NCBI RefSeq assembly: GCF_001194135.2
Contig: NC_068982.1
Span: 30,298,602 to 30,362,601 of the forward strand
Length of the DNA stretch: 64,000 nucleotides
Direction of reading: 5' to 3'
DNA from: Octopus bimaculoides
Taxonomy: Eukaryota
Shown: in pieces, positions 37,336-50,049 of the stretch
How the letters are laid out: every line of letters starts with the position of its first letter
Numbering within the stretch: the stretch's first letter is position 1
Notes under the pieces: generated by a model
Seen by the model: only the letters and a program-made list of their open reading frames with translations
Databases searched by the model: none
Told to the model about the DNA's origin: nothing
Program-made: the position numbers and the translations under genes

Positions 37336-39476
37336 GTTAAAGAAGCACATCATTGAAATCTTAACGCTGCAAGATAATACAAGATTAATTCAAAACAATG
37401 TGAATGAATAAGCATTACATTTGAGTAATGTGAGTGCTAAGGGATTAAGTAACAGTGAAGGCAGGCGCTCTAAAAACATAGTAGCCAAGGTAAGAATGGA
37501 ATGGAAAAATTTCAAGGAGTCATTACCCTTGCTGGCAACTAAGGGGTTTTGCTCTCCAAATGAAAAGTAGATGGTTTGTATGATGCTTGTACACAAAGTG
37601 TAATGTTGCAAGAATATTGAATGTGAAGGATGTACAAATGCTGGAAAGAAATGAATTAAGCATGCTTTGGTGGATATGTCGTGTTAGTGTGCTTGCATTA
37701 TGACTGCAAATGAATAAAGAGAATAATTTTGATATATGTGAAATGTAATGTTGTGAGCAAAACAGAAGATTATGCTGGCATGGACATGCGATGTGATGTG
37801 TATGAAGCATAACATTTGGTTATCCTTTTAGCATTCAGTTTACTCTGTCAGATGTGATGCTTATTTCTTCACATTGTTTTCAATTACCCCCTTAGCATTC
37901 AAAATGGCCATATCTGGCCCAAATATTCTATCTGTTCTCTGTTCAAACCAGACAGATCCAGCTTCTCACACCTACCCTACCATGTCATTCTAATAGTATG
38001 CAATAGCATCATTGAAACCCCAAAGCCATGAAAATTGTATATGACTATTTCAAAACAATGTGGTTAAATAAACATCACATTTGACAAAGTAATCTGAATG
38101 CTAGAGCTGATCATGTATTATCTTGTAGATTAGAGATTTTGATGATGTGGTTGTTTATTTTCATAATGGCATTGTTAGGGTAGGTGTGATAGGCTAGATC
38201 TGGTTAGTTTGAATATGAAATGTGGAGAATATTTTGGCCTGATGTGGCTGGTTTAAATCCTAAAGGATTAAATAACAGCGAGTTCAATCCTCTGTGGGTA
38301 GAACTGGCATAAGTTAAAAGACCACGGAAGACATGTGAATAAGTGATGAAAACAACTCTCTCTCTCAAGCCACATATGGTGAGACACAGTAATGGACAAC
38401 ACCCATTCCATATCCATATATGGATATGGAAAAATGGATAATTAAATGTGTGGATATATAAATGTAGCTAGGATCTGGTGCACATGCTACCAGTGTGTCT
38501 TTATTTCATATTTGGCTGAGTTAAATTTTAAGATTATTCTACCTTTTGTCTCTATTGAGGGTAATTTCCATTAACGCTAATGAATTTCCTTCTAATTACA
38601 GTTATAGTTTCAAATGTGCTGAAATTATTACTGATTCATTAAATCAAACATGGAACCATGCACTTAACTATGTGTATATATACATACATTTGTTCTTTTT
38701 TTTTGGGGGGGGGTCTTTTTTTTTAATTCTATTTCTTCACTGTTGGCAACATCATTATCTTGTATCCTATAATATTCTCTGTTTTACCTTTCAGCTTGTC
38801 TCTTTTCCTTATTTTTCTCTCGCCTTCGTCCATATCTCTCCCTCATTGCATAGCATATTACTGGCAACATAACCTGACAATGTTCTGGTGGAGTACATCT
38901 CCTCTCATTAAAAACTTGTTGTCATCCAATCTCTCTTAGCCTATTTTCTAGTACCTGGGTAAGTCCCTATGAGAGTTAAGGAGTGGAAACACCAAGATTA
39001 TTCAATGGCAAAACCAATGACAGAAACGAAATCATGCAATTTACGTGTTATGCCCACTGGATTATATTGAAAACTATTGCATGAAGATCTCTTTGAAATC
39101 AGCAACAACTAACTTCAGAATCACACCTGCACATATTGTGTGCACATGAATGCATGGATGCATGTGTATACATGTATTTCCTTGCTTATGGTTGTCCATC
39201 AAATTTGATGATAGCGATTTTCATTTGTGGATCCTTTGACAATTTGCACATTGCAATTCTTGGCTCGCTTGCAGATGGGATACGGAAATATTTAGTTACA
39301 AGTTCTACTCTTAAATTCGTAGCCTTTTTCCTTGCTTCCTTGGGTTGCTTTGAATATTACAAGATGGTGCTGAAAAGTTCCTGGATGATTTGAGTATAAA
39401 AAAGAATACAAGAGGATCAGTTAATTATGATTTTATTCAACACGTTCCCCTGTCAGATGCACACACTTATAGCAGC

Positions 39477-39709
39477 AAGGCGACGAGCTGACAGAAACGT
39501 TAGCACACTGGGCGAAATGCTTAGTGGTATTTCGTCTGCCGCTACGTTCTGGGTTCAAATTTCGCCGAGGTCGACTTTCCCTTTCATCCTTTCGGGGTTG
39601 ATTAAACAAGTACCAGTTACGCACTGGGGTCGATATAATTGACTTAATCCATTTGTCTGTCCTTGTTTGTCCCTTCTGTGTGTAGCCCCTTGAGGGTAGT
39701 AAAGAAATA
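39477..39709 (+). mobile_element. SINE-C inserted in a mariner-type MITE (39355-39790)
   Basis: 16-bp TSD ACACACTTATAGCAGC (39461-39476) / ACACACTTATAACAAC (39710-39725). An uninterrupted MITE copy at 40861-41070 shows the empty site. Confidence 0.88.
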
Positions 39710-40806
39710 ACACACTTATAACAACACTCCTTCAGTTTTTTATAAACTCTGTAAAAGAACTCAGAAGGCCACCCCCTCATATAGTCTCCCTTATTAGCTA
39801 CACTGTGGCATTAATGACTGTTATAAAGTTAGTCATGGTGATAGCAGTGTTCATAATGGTGTTGTTTGTAGGTGCAGCATCGACAGAACTGACAGTAAAA
39901 ATAAGTTTATCATCAAGGTCATCATCAAGTATTGCGATGCATTGATTTCTTTTGACAGGGCACAAGGCCTAGATTTTATAATTGAGGATGGTTACAGTTG
40001 ATAGATTCATATTTAGTATGTTACTGATAACTATTTTATTGATCATTGGTTGAATGGATCTTTGCTGCGATTTGCAATTGGAAAATAGCAGGATGAAACT
40101 AAATACTGCAAGTCATTAAGTTTGATACTATTCCTCCTAGCCTCATGGCTAAATTATTAATGCATTTACAATTTCCTGCTGTTATTCGAGAATGAAATGG
40201 GGAGGAAGAAGAAGGAGGTGAGAGAGAGAAGGAAGGAAGCAGAATAACCCTTCCCCCACCCCTTAACAGTTCCATTCTAGAGCGTTTCAGCTTGTTGGAC
40301 ATTATTCACATCAACTCTTCTGTTTTGGTCTTGCAAATCTAATGCCCTCAAGCTGAAACTAATGAAAGAATAAAGCATCTGTCATAGATGTTTCAAATGA
40401 AAGCGTTAAGAAATGGTATTTGTGTAAGAGACTGAAAAATCAACTTTATTTCCTGGAGATAATCCTGTACATATAGCTTTTGGATGATTTTGTGGTGGAC
40501 AAAAGATTATGGATAAAATTTGTCAAAATAAGTGCTTAGTTCTGTGTGTAAAGGAGCTTTTATTTTATTCTTTTTTTTTATGTCCATGTTTCAATGCTAG
40601 CATGAGTTAGACAGATGTATTATTGTTTTTATAGACAAATATTCGTTCTGGCACTAATCATTACCTCCTATGCAAGCCAGGCAACTCATGTTCAGCACAT
40701 CTTTGAAGGGCAAGGCCACTGAATGATTTAATCAGTAAACAAATACACACATAACACATGTGTATTTGTACGTATGTATACATATATAAGCATGCTTGTG
40801 TTTATG

Positions 40807-40844
<38 letters not shown>

Positions 40845-40860
40845 CACACACTCATACACA

Positions 40861-41070
40861 AAGCGGTACTGAAGAGTTCCTGGGTTTGGGTAAAAGAAAA
40901 CACAGGAGGATCAGTTTATTATGATTTTATTCAACATATTCCCCTCTCTGATTCACACACTTATTGCAGCGGTCCTTCTGTTTTTCTAAGCCCTGTAAAA
41001 GAATTCAGAAGGTTGGGCCTCCAACCATGCCTTTTGTGATACCCTCAAAGCCAGAAACTTTTCAGCACCC
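40861..41070. mobile_element. mariner-type MITE
   Basis: Inverted termini GGTACTGAAGAGTTCCTGG / CCAGAAACTTTTCAGCACC. Confidence 0.7.
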
Positions 41071-43000
41071 TTTGTGTGTGCGCATGCATGCGTATGTATG
41101 TATACACATACATTGTTGGTAGACTTCTTTCAGTTTTTGGATTATAAATCCACTCACCAGGTTTTGGTTGGACGAAGTTTACTGAAAATAACCACTGCTG
41201 TGCTGTGGGACTGAACTCAGAAGCGATTGTTTGGGAAGTGAATGGCTTTGCGTTATGTTGAAACAGGCAATTATTACCACTCCAAGTAACATCAGTTGTA
41301 AACATATAACAAAAATAACTGAAAAGTTTGGTTAATTAGCAACATTATAAACATATCGTATAATCACCAACAAAGTTGACTGTTTTTATGTAGTATGGTT
41401 TACAATGATGGATCACTTGAAATAATTTCTGTATTTCCTACATTTATTTAATTGGTACTGCTGTAATTATCATAGATATAAATAGAGGAGTCTAAAGAAA
41501 AATGAAAGTAAAGAAAATATGGTGAATTATTGTAATGTTAGAATGAAGATGGATAGGTCAGTAAAGCATTGAGAGGTCATGTCACAGCCTTAGTACCACA
41601 AGCGTGATTAGTATGTCACAAGAATGAATTGCAAAATGGATTGTTCAAGCTGTGCCATCTGGTTGGATACTTAGGGGTAGACCATGAATGAGTTGGTCAG
41701 GCTTGGGAATCCAGCTGGAAAAATCTAGTGACAGTTGCTTCTGATTGTACTCTATGGAGGAGATGCCTCCATAGAGTACTATCACTGCCTGCTAAGTGCA
41801 TTTCAGGAGAGCGTATAACTAGTGGTATTTACACACACATGACAGGCTTCTGCACTGCTTCCATCTACAACATTCACCCGAAAAGGCAGAGGTTATAGTA
41901 GATAATTTAATGTCCATTTTCCATGCCAGCATAGGTTGGATGACTTGACATGAAGTAGAAAGGCTAGGGGGCCACACCAGGTTCCACAGTCTGTTTTGGC
42001 TTGGTTTCTACAATCATCCTGGGAGTAGTGGGCATAGAAGATGATGGACAGATGTAGTTCAGTAAAGACAAGTATGGAATGCAGACATTGAATGATGATG
42101 ATGATGATGATAGTATAAAATAGTATAGTAGAATAAGATCTTGTGTATTCACTGTAGTAGAATACACCTCACATTTGGCCATATTATCTACTATAACTGC
42201 TGCCTAACCAATGCCTTTTGGTTAACTGTCGTACATGAAAATTGTGCAGATGCCTGCCATGTGTATGTATATACCACTTGTTATATGTTCTCCTGAAATG
42301 CACGTAGCAAGGCAGCGTCACGACTTTTCATTGTCCATGATGTGGCATGCAATAAATAATCCATTCATTTATTTGGTATCCTATAACTTGTTATCTTGTG
42401 GTAGCATTGTTGTATATAGTGAATGGTAAACTGGTGGGTGCCCTATTGCTTTTTGTCTGATTCTAGAAACTCTGTTTACATGCAAAATATTTATTAATTG
42501 TAGAATTGTATTGAGACTTTGTTCATAATTAATAATAGACATGACTTGTTTACAAGCAAATAATCACATGAACATTATTCAGTGTCTACATAATACAAGC
42601 TGTAATTTATGTCATTTGTTGTATTCTGAAAAATTGATAAACTTGCAGGAGATTGAGACAACAAAGAGGTTAGCACATGTTATTCAACCTGCTAAAAATA
42701 ACTGTGAAATCTTCCTCAAATCATACACAACCATTTTTAACAAGAAAGGACACAATAAAAAAAATGACATTCTAGAAACACTGTTTCTATCTGAAGGAAA
42801 AAGAATTTGATGTCCTTGTCTGTATTACCTTTGATTATAGGTCTCTTTGCTCTGCTCAAAGTGGCTAACCCTGGGTTAAACACAACACAATGCAAAGTAA
42901 AGACAATCAGGATACAGCAGTACACTGTTGTATAGTTCATAGTTTTACATTGTAAGGAAGAAACAGAGGAAGTTACACATTTTAGACAGTATTTCTTTAA

Positions 43001-43213
43001 CCCTTTAGTATTTAAACCAACCATATCTGACCCAAATATTCTACCTGTTGAAACTAGCCAGATCTGACCTCTCACACTTCACCTTCAGTGCCATTCTAAA
43101 AATAAACAATTACATCATTTAAATCTCAAGACTATGAGATAATGTAGGATTAACTCAAAACAATGTCAATAAGCAATCGTTGCATTTGACAGAATAATCT
43201 GAATGCTAAAGGG
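43001..43213. mobile_element. piggyBac-type MITE family 1, complete
   Basis: TTAA|CCCTTTAGTATT ... AATGCTAAAGGG|TTAA. Confidence 0.88.
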
Positions 43214-43258
43214 TTAATCAGAGAGTGAGATGGAGAATGGTGAGGGAGATGAGAAGAA

Positions 43259-43354
<96 letters not shown>

Positions 43355-43739
43355 GGGTGGCAGGTAGATTATGAAAAATTTAGATTCTCTCAGTAGCTTC
43401 ATACATTCTAGACAACATAAAATTTTCATTTATGTAAGATATATGGAATGACACAGATATGAAGGTGTAGACAAGCATATTTGTTAAGTTGGTTAATAAT
43501 TCTAATTTTGTTTGAAGCTCAGTAATGTTAAAGGTGGGAAAGGTCAGTTGCATCAACCCCATTAGTTGACTGGTACTTTATTGTATCAACCCCCAAATGT
43601 GTAAATGGCAAAGTTTAACTCACATGCTTTGAACTTAGAATGTACAGAGCTAGAAGAAATGTGTCTAAGTATTAGGTCTGAAGTGCTTATAATTCTGCCA
43701 GTGTATTGCCATATGTCAGTTAATAATCATGCTTTCGAA

Positions 43740-43945
43740 TTTTGGCAAAAGGCCAGCAAGTTTGAGGAAGGTTAAGTCAATTACATCAACCCCAGTGCTC
43801 TGCTGGTACTTATTCTATAAACTCCGAAAGGATGAAAGGCAAAGTCAACCTTGGCAGAATTTGAACTCGGAACATAAGGACAGACAAAATACTGCCAAGC
43901 ATTTTGCACAGCTTGCTAACAATTCTGCCAGCTCACAGCCTTAGG
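43740..43945 (-). mobile_element. SINE-C
   Basis: GGATGAAAGGCAAAGTCAACCTTGGCAGAATTTGAACTC...TTCTGCCAGCTCACAGCCTT. Confidence 0.82.
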
Positions 43946-44599
43946 TCAATTGATAATAAAGAATGGAGTTAAATTGATAAAATTATCTGTTATACATCTG
44001 TCCTTTTATTAATACCACCTTAGGTTATTTCATTTGTTGTGTCAAGGACAAGATCGTTGTTGTTTAAACCCACCCACATGTCCCTTCTAATCAAGCAGCT
44101 TTATGATGCATGGCATTCCAATGACCAACTCCTTCTTGTTGGGGCATACAAAACTATATTATCCTCTGTGTCTTGTCCTTATTAACCCTGTCACACCATA
44201 TTCCTACCGTAACAGGAATAGCTTAAACTTCGTCTCTGTTGGATTCTTGGTAAAGTGACAATGAAAAACTGTTGTGATGAAATCCTGACACCCCTGTGGG
44301 ATAGCAAGTCATCTGTCCTAAACCGTATAAAGGTGCTTGCACACTGTCACTGAAGGACAGTGTGGTGTGCGCAAGCGCTTTGTGAAGACAGTCGTAGAAG
44401 TCACTGAGAAGAGCCATTGTTTGTTACATGTTGTATCTGTTAGATATTTATATTGTTATATGTCCACATTATAAAGTGGCATCTACAGTGAGTTCAAAGG
44501 ACATAACAGTGTCGATGAGACACAAGAAAAACACACATAGGAAAAGAAGATGGAGCTGGTTCTGTCTATTAGTTTGCCTTCAATTATCATTATTGAGTT

Positions 44600-44768
44600 T
44601 TCTAACAACAACCACCCTGTGGAGTGGTTGGTGTTAGGAAGGGCATCCAGCCATTAAAACCATACCAAAACAGACAGCGAAGTATGGTGCAGTCTTCTGC
44701 CTAGCTATCTCCTGTCAAACTATCCAACCCATGCCAGCATGGGAAGTGGATGTTAAATGATGATGATC
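44600..44768 (+). mobile_element. RTE-type 3' tail module
   Basis: GAGTGGTTGGTGTTAGGAAGGGCATCCAGCC...CCATGCCAGCATGG...(ATG)n. Confidence 0.8.
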
Positions 44769-45773
44769 TATATACGACTATTCATTTTTTTGCTTAGGAG
44801 TCCAGGTGGAGGGTAAAGTTAGACAGAAGAGCCCTGGCCGGAAAGGGTTAAAAGAGATTTTAGTTGCTATTTCTTGCAGCTCAAACAGCCACATTGAATT
44901 TCCTTCATTGATTCATATCCTAAAAGTAATCTTCTAACAAACAGTAATGGATATTTAGACAGAAATTTTTTTCTAAAGAAATATTATTATTATTAAGACA
45001 CACATTGCTAATTAAATTCATTAACTCCTTGATGTGCTAATCAGTAAACTGTCTAGAGTCACAAGAATGTATGCTTCATTATTTATTTTGCAATGTTACA
45101 AAACTACCCAGACATAAAGGTGGCTACATATTTTGTCTGCTTCACTACTATATAGTCTTGCTGCTTGATCTGTGCATGTAGCTCCTTGAGTGAGTGTCTT
45201 CTATCATTGCCCTAAGTTGACCAAAGCTCTAAGAATGAAATTTAGTGAACAGCAACTGTATAGAAACCCATTTGTGTATGTATGTCTGTGTTTGTGTATA
45301 GATATATAGTGTATCATTCATATATGTACACATATGGTTATGTGTGTGTATAGTGTATCATTCATATATATTTAGAAAGTTTTTTATGTATGAAATTAAA
45401 CAAAATACTAGAATTTATAAGCCAATTACAAGACAGAATTTGTGAAAACTAAACATAACACAAATACCTTAAAAATACATAACTTGACAGCCAGAGACGT
45501 AACCATAACTCCTTTTGTAATAATTTACAAGTCAGATCAACAAATAATCATTGGGTGACAACGCATAACCTCTTCATGTTCATATATAATAAAGAAAAAA
45601 ATAGCCGGAACTTGTACAATTCATGTCAAAACAAAACCAACTCCCATAACATGTTTACAAACAATAACACTTGTAGAAGTGATTGAAATATACTGTCAAA
45701 CTGAAGAAAACTGTATTAAACTACTAAAAATATGCCATCATACCAAAGAAGATGGCATAACAAGAATGTTAGC

Positions 45774-45967
45774 CTTCATCAAGTGTCTTGGGGAAATTTC
45801 AAACCTGAGTTCTCATTCCTAAGGTTCGAAATTTCCCCAAGACACCTGATGAAGGGTGGAGGGTATATCAACCAAAATGTTGTGTTAACAACAAACAAAA
45901 TGAGGATAAATATCCATCAAATGTAAATAATGTAAATAATTCCTCCTCTCTTAAATATAGAACTGTT
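45774..45967. mobile_element. 194-bp hammerhead-bearing insertion with 5' fold-back inversion
   Basis: 11-bp TSD AGAATGTTAGC at 45763-45773 and 45968-45978. 34-bp inverted arms 45773-45806 / 45822-45855 (32/34). Ends ATATAGAACTGTT. Confidence 0.9.
45841..45886 (+). ncRNA. Decayed minimal hammerhead ribozyme motif
   Basis: GACAC-CTGATGA-AGGGTGGAGGGTATATCAACC-AAAATGTT-GTGTT. The GAAA box and ACGT palindrome are mutated, and the GTT/GTGTT junction is retained. Confidence 0.6.
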
Positions 45968-46269
45968 AGAATGTTAGCTCATATTAGACATATCAATGAC
46001 TGGAAACACCACCTTCCAAAAAATAAAAAAAAAGGATAGGGTACAAATGACTCACAAAACAAAGAACTTTTTTAAGAGAGCAGGAATTCCAAACAAAAAT
46101 GACTGGAAACACAAATGATACAAATATTCTGGGAAACACTGAACCAACTGATCCAAAAGTAATGAATTTATCTCAATAAAACCTCATGAAAAACTTTTGA
46201 AATATGGTCTTAGATTCATACCAACTAACTCCAAAACTTGAAACAACTGATCTTAAGAAAGATACTGAG

Positions 46270-47030
46270 GTATAGTCTTCTGACTAAAACCTTTGGAGTC
46301 AATCTGGTACATGGAAACTGAAAGAAGCTTGTCATACACTTGTGTGGCCTAGTGGTTAGGACGTTCCACTCACAACGATTAGATCATTAGTTCAATTCCT
46401 GAACTGGCTGGTGCTTTGTGTTCTTGAGGAAAACACTTCTTCTCATGTTGGTCCAGTCCACTCAACTGTAAATGGGTAATCTTGCGATGGAATAGCTGAA
46501 TAGCCTTCTGGTCAAAGGAATGTGGGCCTGCTGACCTTGCCAATGAAGTGGCATTATTTGGAAAGCTAAAATGATGTAAAATGCATTGCAACCAACGATG
46601 TATAACAACATCTGATAGTCTGGTCAATCATATAATGTGTATATATATATATATATATATATATCACAGTGATGTGTATGTGAGTGTGTGTGTGTGTGTG
46701 TGCTTCCCCACCATTGCTTGTCAAATGCTGTTGGTGTGCTTATGTCCCTGTAACTTAGCAGTTCAGCAAAAGAAGCCACTGAAATAAGTACCATATATGA
46801 AACAAAATACTAGAATTTAAAAATCTGCAGTTACAGGATTATAAGCCAATTACGAGACAGTGAAAACTAAAAATAAAACACATAAGTATCTTAAAAATAC
46901 ATACAAATATTTTATATGATATATAAAAATATATAGGTACTGGGGTTGATTTGTTCAACTAAACCCTTGAAGGTGGTGCCCCTAGCATGGACACAATCTA
47001 GTGACTGAAACAAAAGATAAAAGACAAAAA
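46270..47030 (+). mobile_element. Composite SINE-B: head remnant, nested SINE-A-like element (46340-46620), 3' half with a PLE-like fragment (46795-46905)
   Basis: GGAAACTGAAAGAAGCTTGTCATACAC followed directly by TGTGGCCTAGTGGTTAGG (tRNA head). The SINE-B 3' half resumes at 46690. Confidence 0.78.
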
Positions 47031-47228
47031 TATTGTATTTCCAAAAGAAATGTTATGAAGATCTACCACTCCTAAAGAAATATGGATTTTGGATGGACAA
47101 GATAAAGCATTGATATGAAGAAGGGTACCTGGGGGTACAGTACCACCCCCCAGAAAACTTATCCATCTCTTGACAGCATAGAGAAAGCAGACTGAAAAGT
47201 GTTAGCAGTGGATGTTTAGTACTGTATA

Positions 47229-47616
47229 CTCTTTTACTTGTTTCAGTCATTTGACTGCAGCCATGCTGGAGCACCACCTTTAGTCGAGCAAATCGACCCC
47301 AGGACTTATACTTTGTAAGCCTAGTACTTATTCTATTGGTCTCTGTTGCTGAACCGCTAAGTGACAGGGACATAAACACACCAGCATTGGTTGTCAAGCG
47401 ATGTTGGGGGGACAAACACAGACACTCAAATATATATACATATACATATATACGACGAGCTTCTTTCAGTTTCCGTCTACCAAATCCACTCAAGGCTTTG
47501 ATCGGCCTGAGGCTATAGTAGAAGACACTTGCCCAAGATGCTGCGCAGTGGGACTGAACCTGGAACCCTGTGGTTGGTAAGCAAGCTACTTACCACACAG
47601 CCACTCCTGCGCCTAT
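47229..47616 (-). mobile_element. SINE-B, full length
   Basis: CTCTTTTACTTGTTTCAGTC to CCACTCCTGCGCCTAT. Confidence 0.93.
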
Positions 47617-48784
47617 GAAAACTAAATCAAATATTGTGTGAATTATTCTGAAGGTTCTTGTTCAGCTTCATATCAGTTTTGAGCAAGCAGAAATATAATC
47701 GTATGTGTTCTAACCATTATCATCTCATTCATTCACTGATAGTATCCATAGGGCAAAATTATTCAGTGTGCATTCCTATAATTTCTTTTTATGAAATGAT
47801 TATAAGTGGATTGAGTGAGATTTGGCTGCTATTTATAAAACGATTGAGTGACACTTGAAAACACCATTTGCTCATATTCTGTACAACTGTCATCATGGTG
47901 TAATAGTTATTTAATTATAATTTAATGAACAAAGCTGTCTTTTGTTTTTTTCTGTATTTTTCACTACCAATTTGATGTAACTGTCTTTCATATCAACACT
48001 GAAAGAAATATGTACAGCTTGACAACTTGTGTTTGATGTCAATGAATTAAGTTTTGCTTTCATTAGTAATTTCAACACTATGATATCATAGTGTGTGTGT
48101 GTGTGTTTGTACCTGTGTGCAAGTCCATGTTTGCCGAGAAATGGTGGTGTATGATTTAGAATTGAAGTTAATATATTAGTTTTATGTAATATCAATGAGT
48201 CTGACAATTAACATTTGATAAACTATTGACATTCATGTAAAATGTTTACAAAAATGCTAATCAGCAAACATTGTTCAGCCAGCTATGCATTATACATCAA
48301 TTTGGAAGTGACATGGTGCCTTTATTCAATCACTTTCACTAGATGAAACACGTGTTGATCCTGTCCTGGAGTTTGATAATTATTTCTCTTTCTAATTTTC
48401 ATATCATTCACTTGTCAAGGTATTTTTATCGCTTTAATTCCCCTTTATTGTTACATTATTCTGTCTGAACTGTCTTCAGCATTAGCTTTAGTTACAATGC
48501 ATCACCTCTGTCTGTACCATTGCTTTATCCCAGCCTGCAACATCCACTTAAAACAATTCACCGTTGCCCTTCATCGCTGCTAGTCACTAACCCATCACTC
48601 TCACTTCCAGTATCCAAAAAGTAATGGTAGAAAATCATCAGAAACCATATTCATCCATCAACCAGAACCACCCCCTTTCTCTGCCTCTTCAGTGAATATC
48701 AGTATGGCTTCTATGGAGCCATATCCTTTGCGACCTATCCCCCCCCCTCCTCCTCTTATGCTACTCACTGTGGATACCGCTCTC

Positions 48785-49700
48785 TGTCATGTCAAACTGC
48801 GTTGTCATGATGCAACTGCCACTCACCGAATGCATCCAATTGTGACCTTTTCCTATGAATAGCATCCCACAAACGCTGCAAGACGTCACGGTAGTACTCC
48901 TTGTTTATTGTCTGACCAGGTGGAACATACTCATGATAAACAATGTTTTTATAGTCGGAAAAAACAGTCAACAGTGTCTTCACATTGCTTCGACTAATTC
49001 ATGCTTTCTTCGGTCTCGTAGAGTTTGGGGTCTCCACTGCGAAGAGGGAGCCTGTGTTTCAGGGTCATAGCTATAGACCCACGAGTCATCACCTGTTATG
49101 ACCGTTTTCAGAAAAGTTTTCATCGTTCTCCACACAATCAAAGAGATCTTATGCAACTGAAACCCGAGTGTGTTTTTGGTCGGCTGAAAGCAGTTTTGGG
49201 ACAAACTTGGCAGACCCACGTCTCATACCCCCAAGTCTTCAGTGATAATGGACTGAACTGAACCATAACTAATCTGCACATCCTCTGATAACTCTCGGAT
49301 GGTGATTCAATGATTTCCCTCCCACAGCTGTGTGCATATCTGCGATGTTTTACTCAGCTCTGTTGGTTGCGGGTCTCCCAAAACGTTTGTCACTATTGAC
49401 ATTTTTCAGCCTTCTTGGAAACATCTAAGCCACTCATACACTTGCATGTGGCTCATAAATTTGTCTCCATACATTTTCTGCAACTTTATGTAGGCCTTTG
49501 AGCAGTTATCGCCAAACTTTTGGCATAATTTCATGCTGCTTCTCTGCTCAACTCTCTCTGTCATGGTCAATGCAATGACCATACGCTACACATGTTCCTT
49601 CTATGCACTGCTGTGAACAGCAGTGCCAAGCGGTTTCACTCTACATACTTTAGCTTCGTTACTATGGCAACAGTTCAGATACTTATTGATCAGACCACAT
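48785..49700 (-). pseudogene. Decayed mariner transposase with left terminal repeat; 3'-truncated
   Basis: Translates MTERVEQR..MKLCQKFG...TIRELSEDVQISYGSVQSIITEDLG...AKFVPKLLS...VITGDDSWVYSYDPET...TVFSDYKNIVYHEYVPPGQTINKEYY...HHDNA, with stops and frameshifts. Terminal GGTCTGATCAATAAGTATC near 49700. The third catalytic D region is missing. Confidence 0.95.
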
Positions 49701-50007
49701 ACATGCACAAAAATTAATAACTTTTCATCAATTTTTGATTCCTCAATGTGTGTGTGTGTGTTTGCCTGTATGTGGGTGGATGTATGTATTAAACAGTTTT
49801 GTATAGGGTATCTCTCTCTCTGTCGCACTCTCTCTGTCGCACTCTCTCTCTCTGATTTGGATATTTGCATTAATCTTTGCAGCTGCTATCGTTTGTTTGT
49901 TAATCAGGTTTTTCTTACTAATTATGCAACTATTAAGTGGGTGTAGCATTTGTTATTCTACTAAGATAACGAAAGAAAGTAATGAACATTGCTAAAGGAT
50001 CTAATGC

Positions 50008-50049
<42 letters not shown>

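Larger units (their letters stand above)
45390..46270 (+). mobile_element. Penelope-like ORF remnant (host of second hammerhead insertion)
   Basis: A-rich frame reads open from ~45559 across the removed insert (...GITRML|AHIRHINDWK...). Downstream KVMNLSQ...LLKYGLRFIPT (with stop and frameshift) resembles the NLS...KGLxFIPT motif N-terminal to PLE reverse transcriptases. Confidence 0.55.

Noticed and set aside
48780-49565. 12-bp repeat CTCTCTGTCATG at the mariner truncation point and at its start codon
   Set aside because: Short and partly CT-repeat-like, so chance cannot be excluded.
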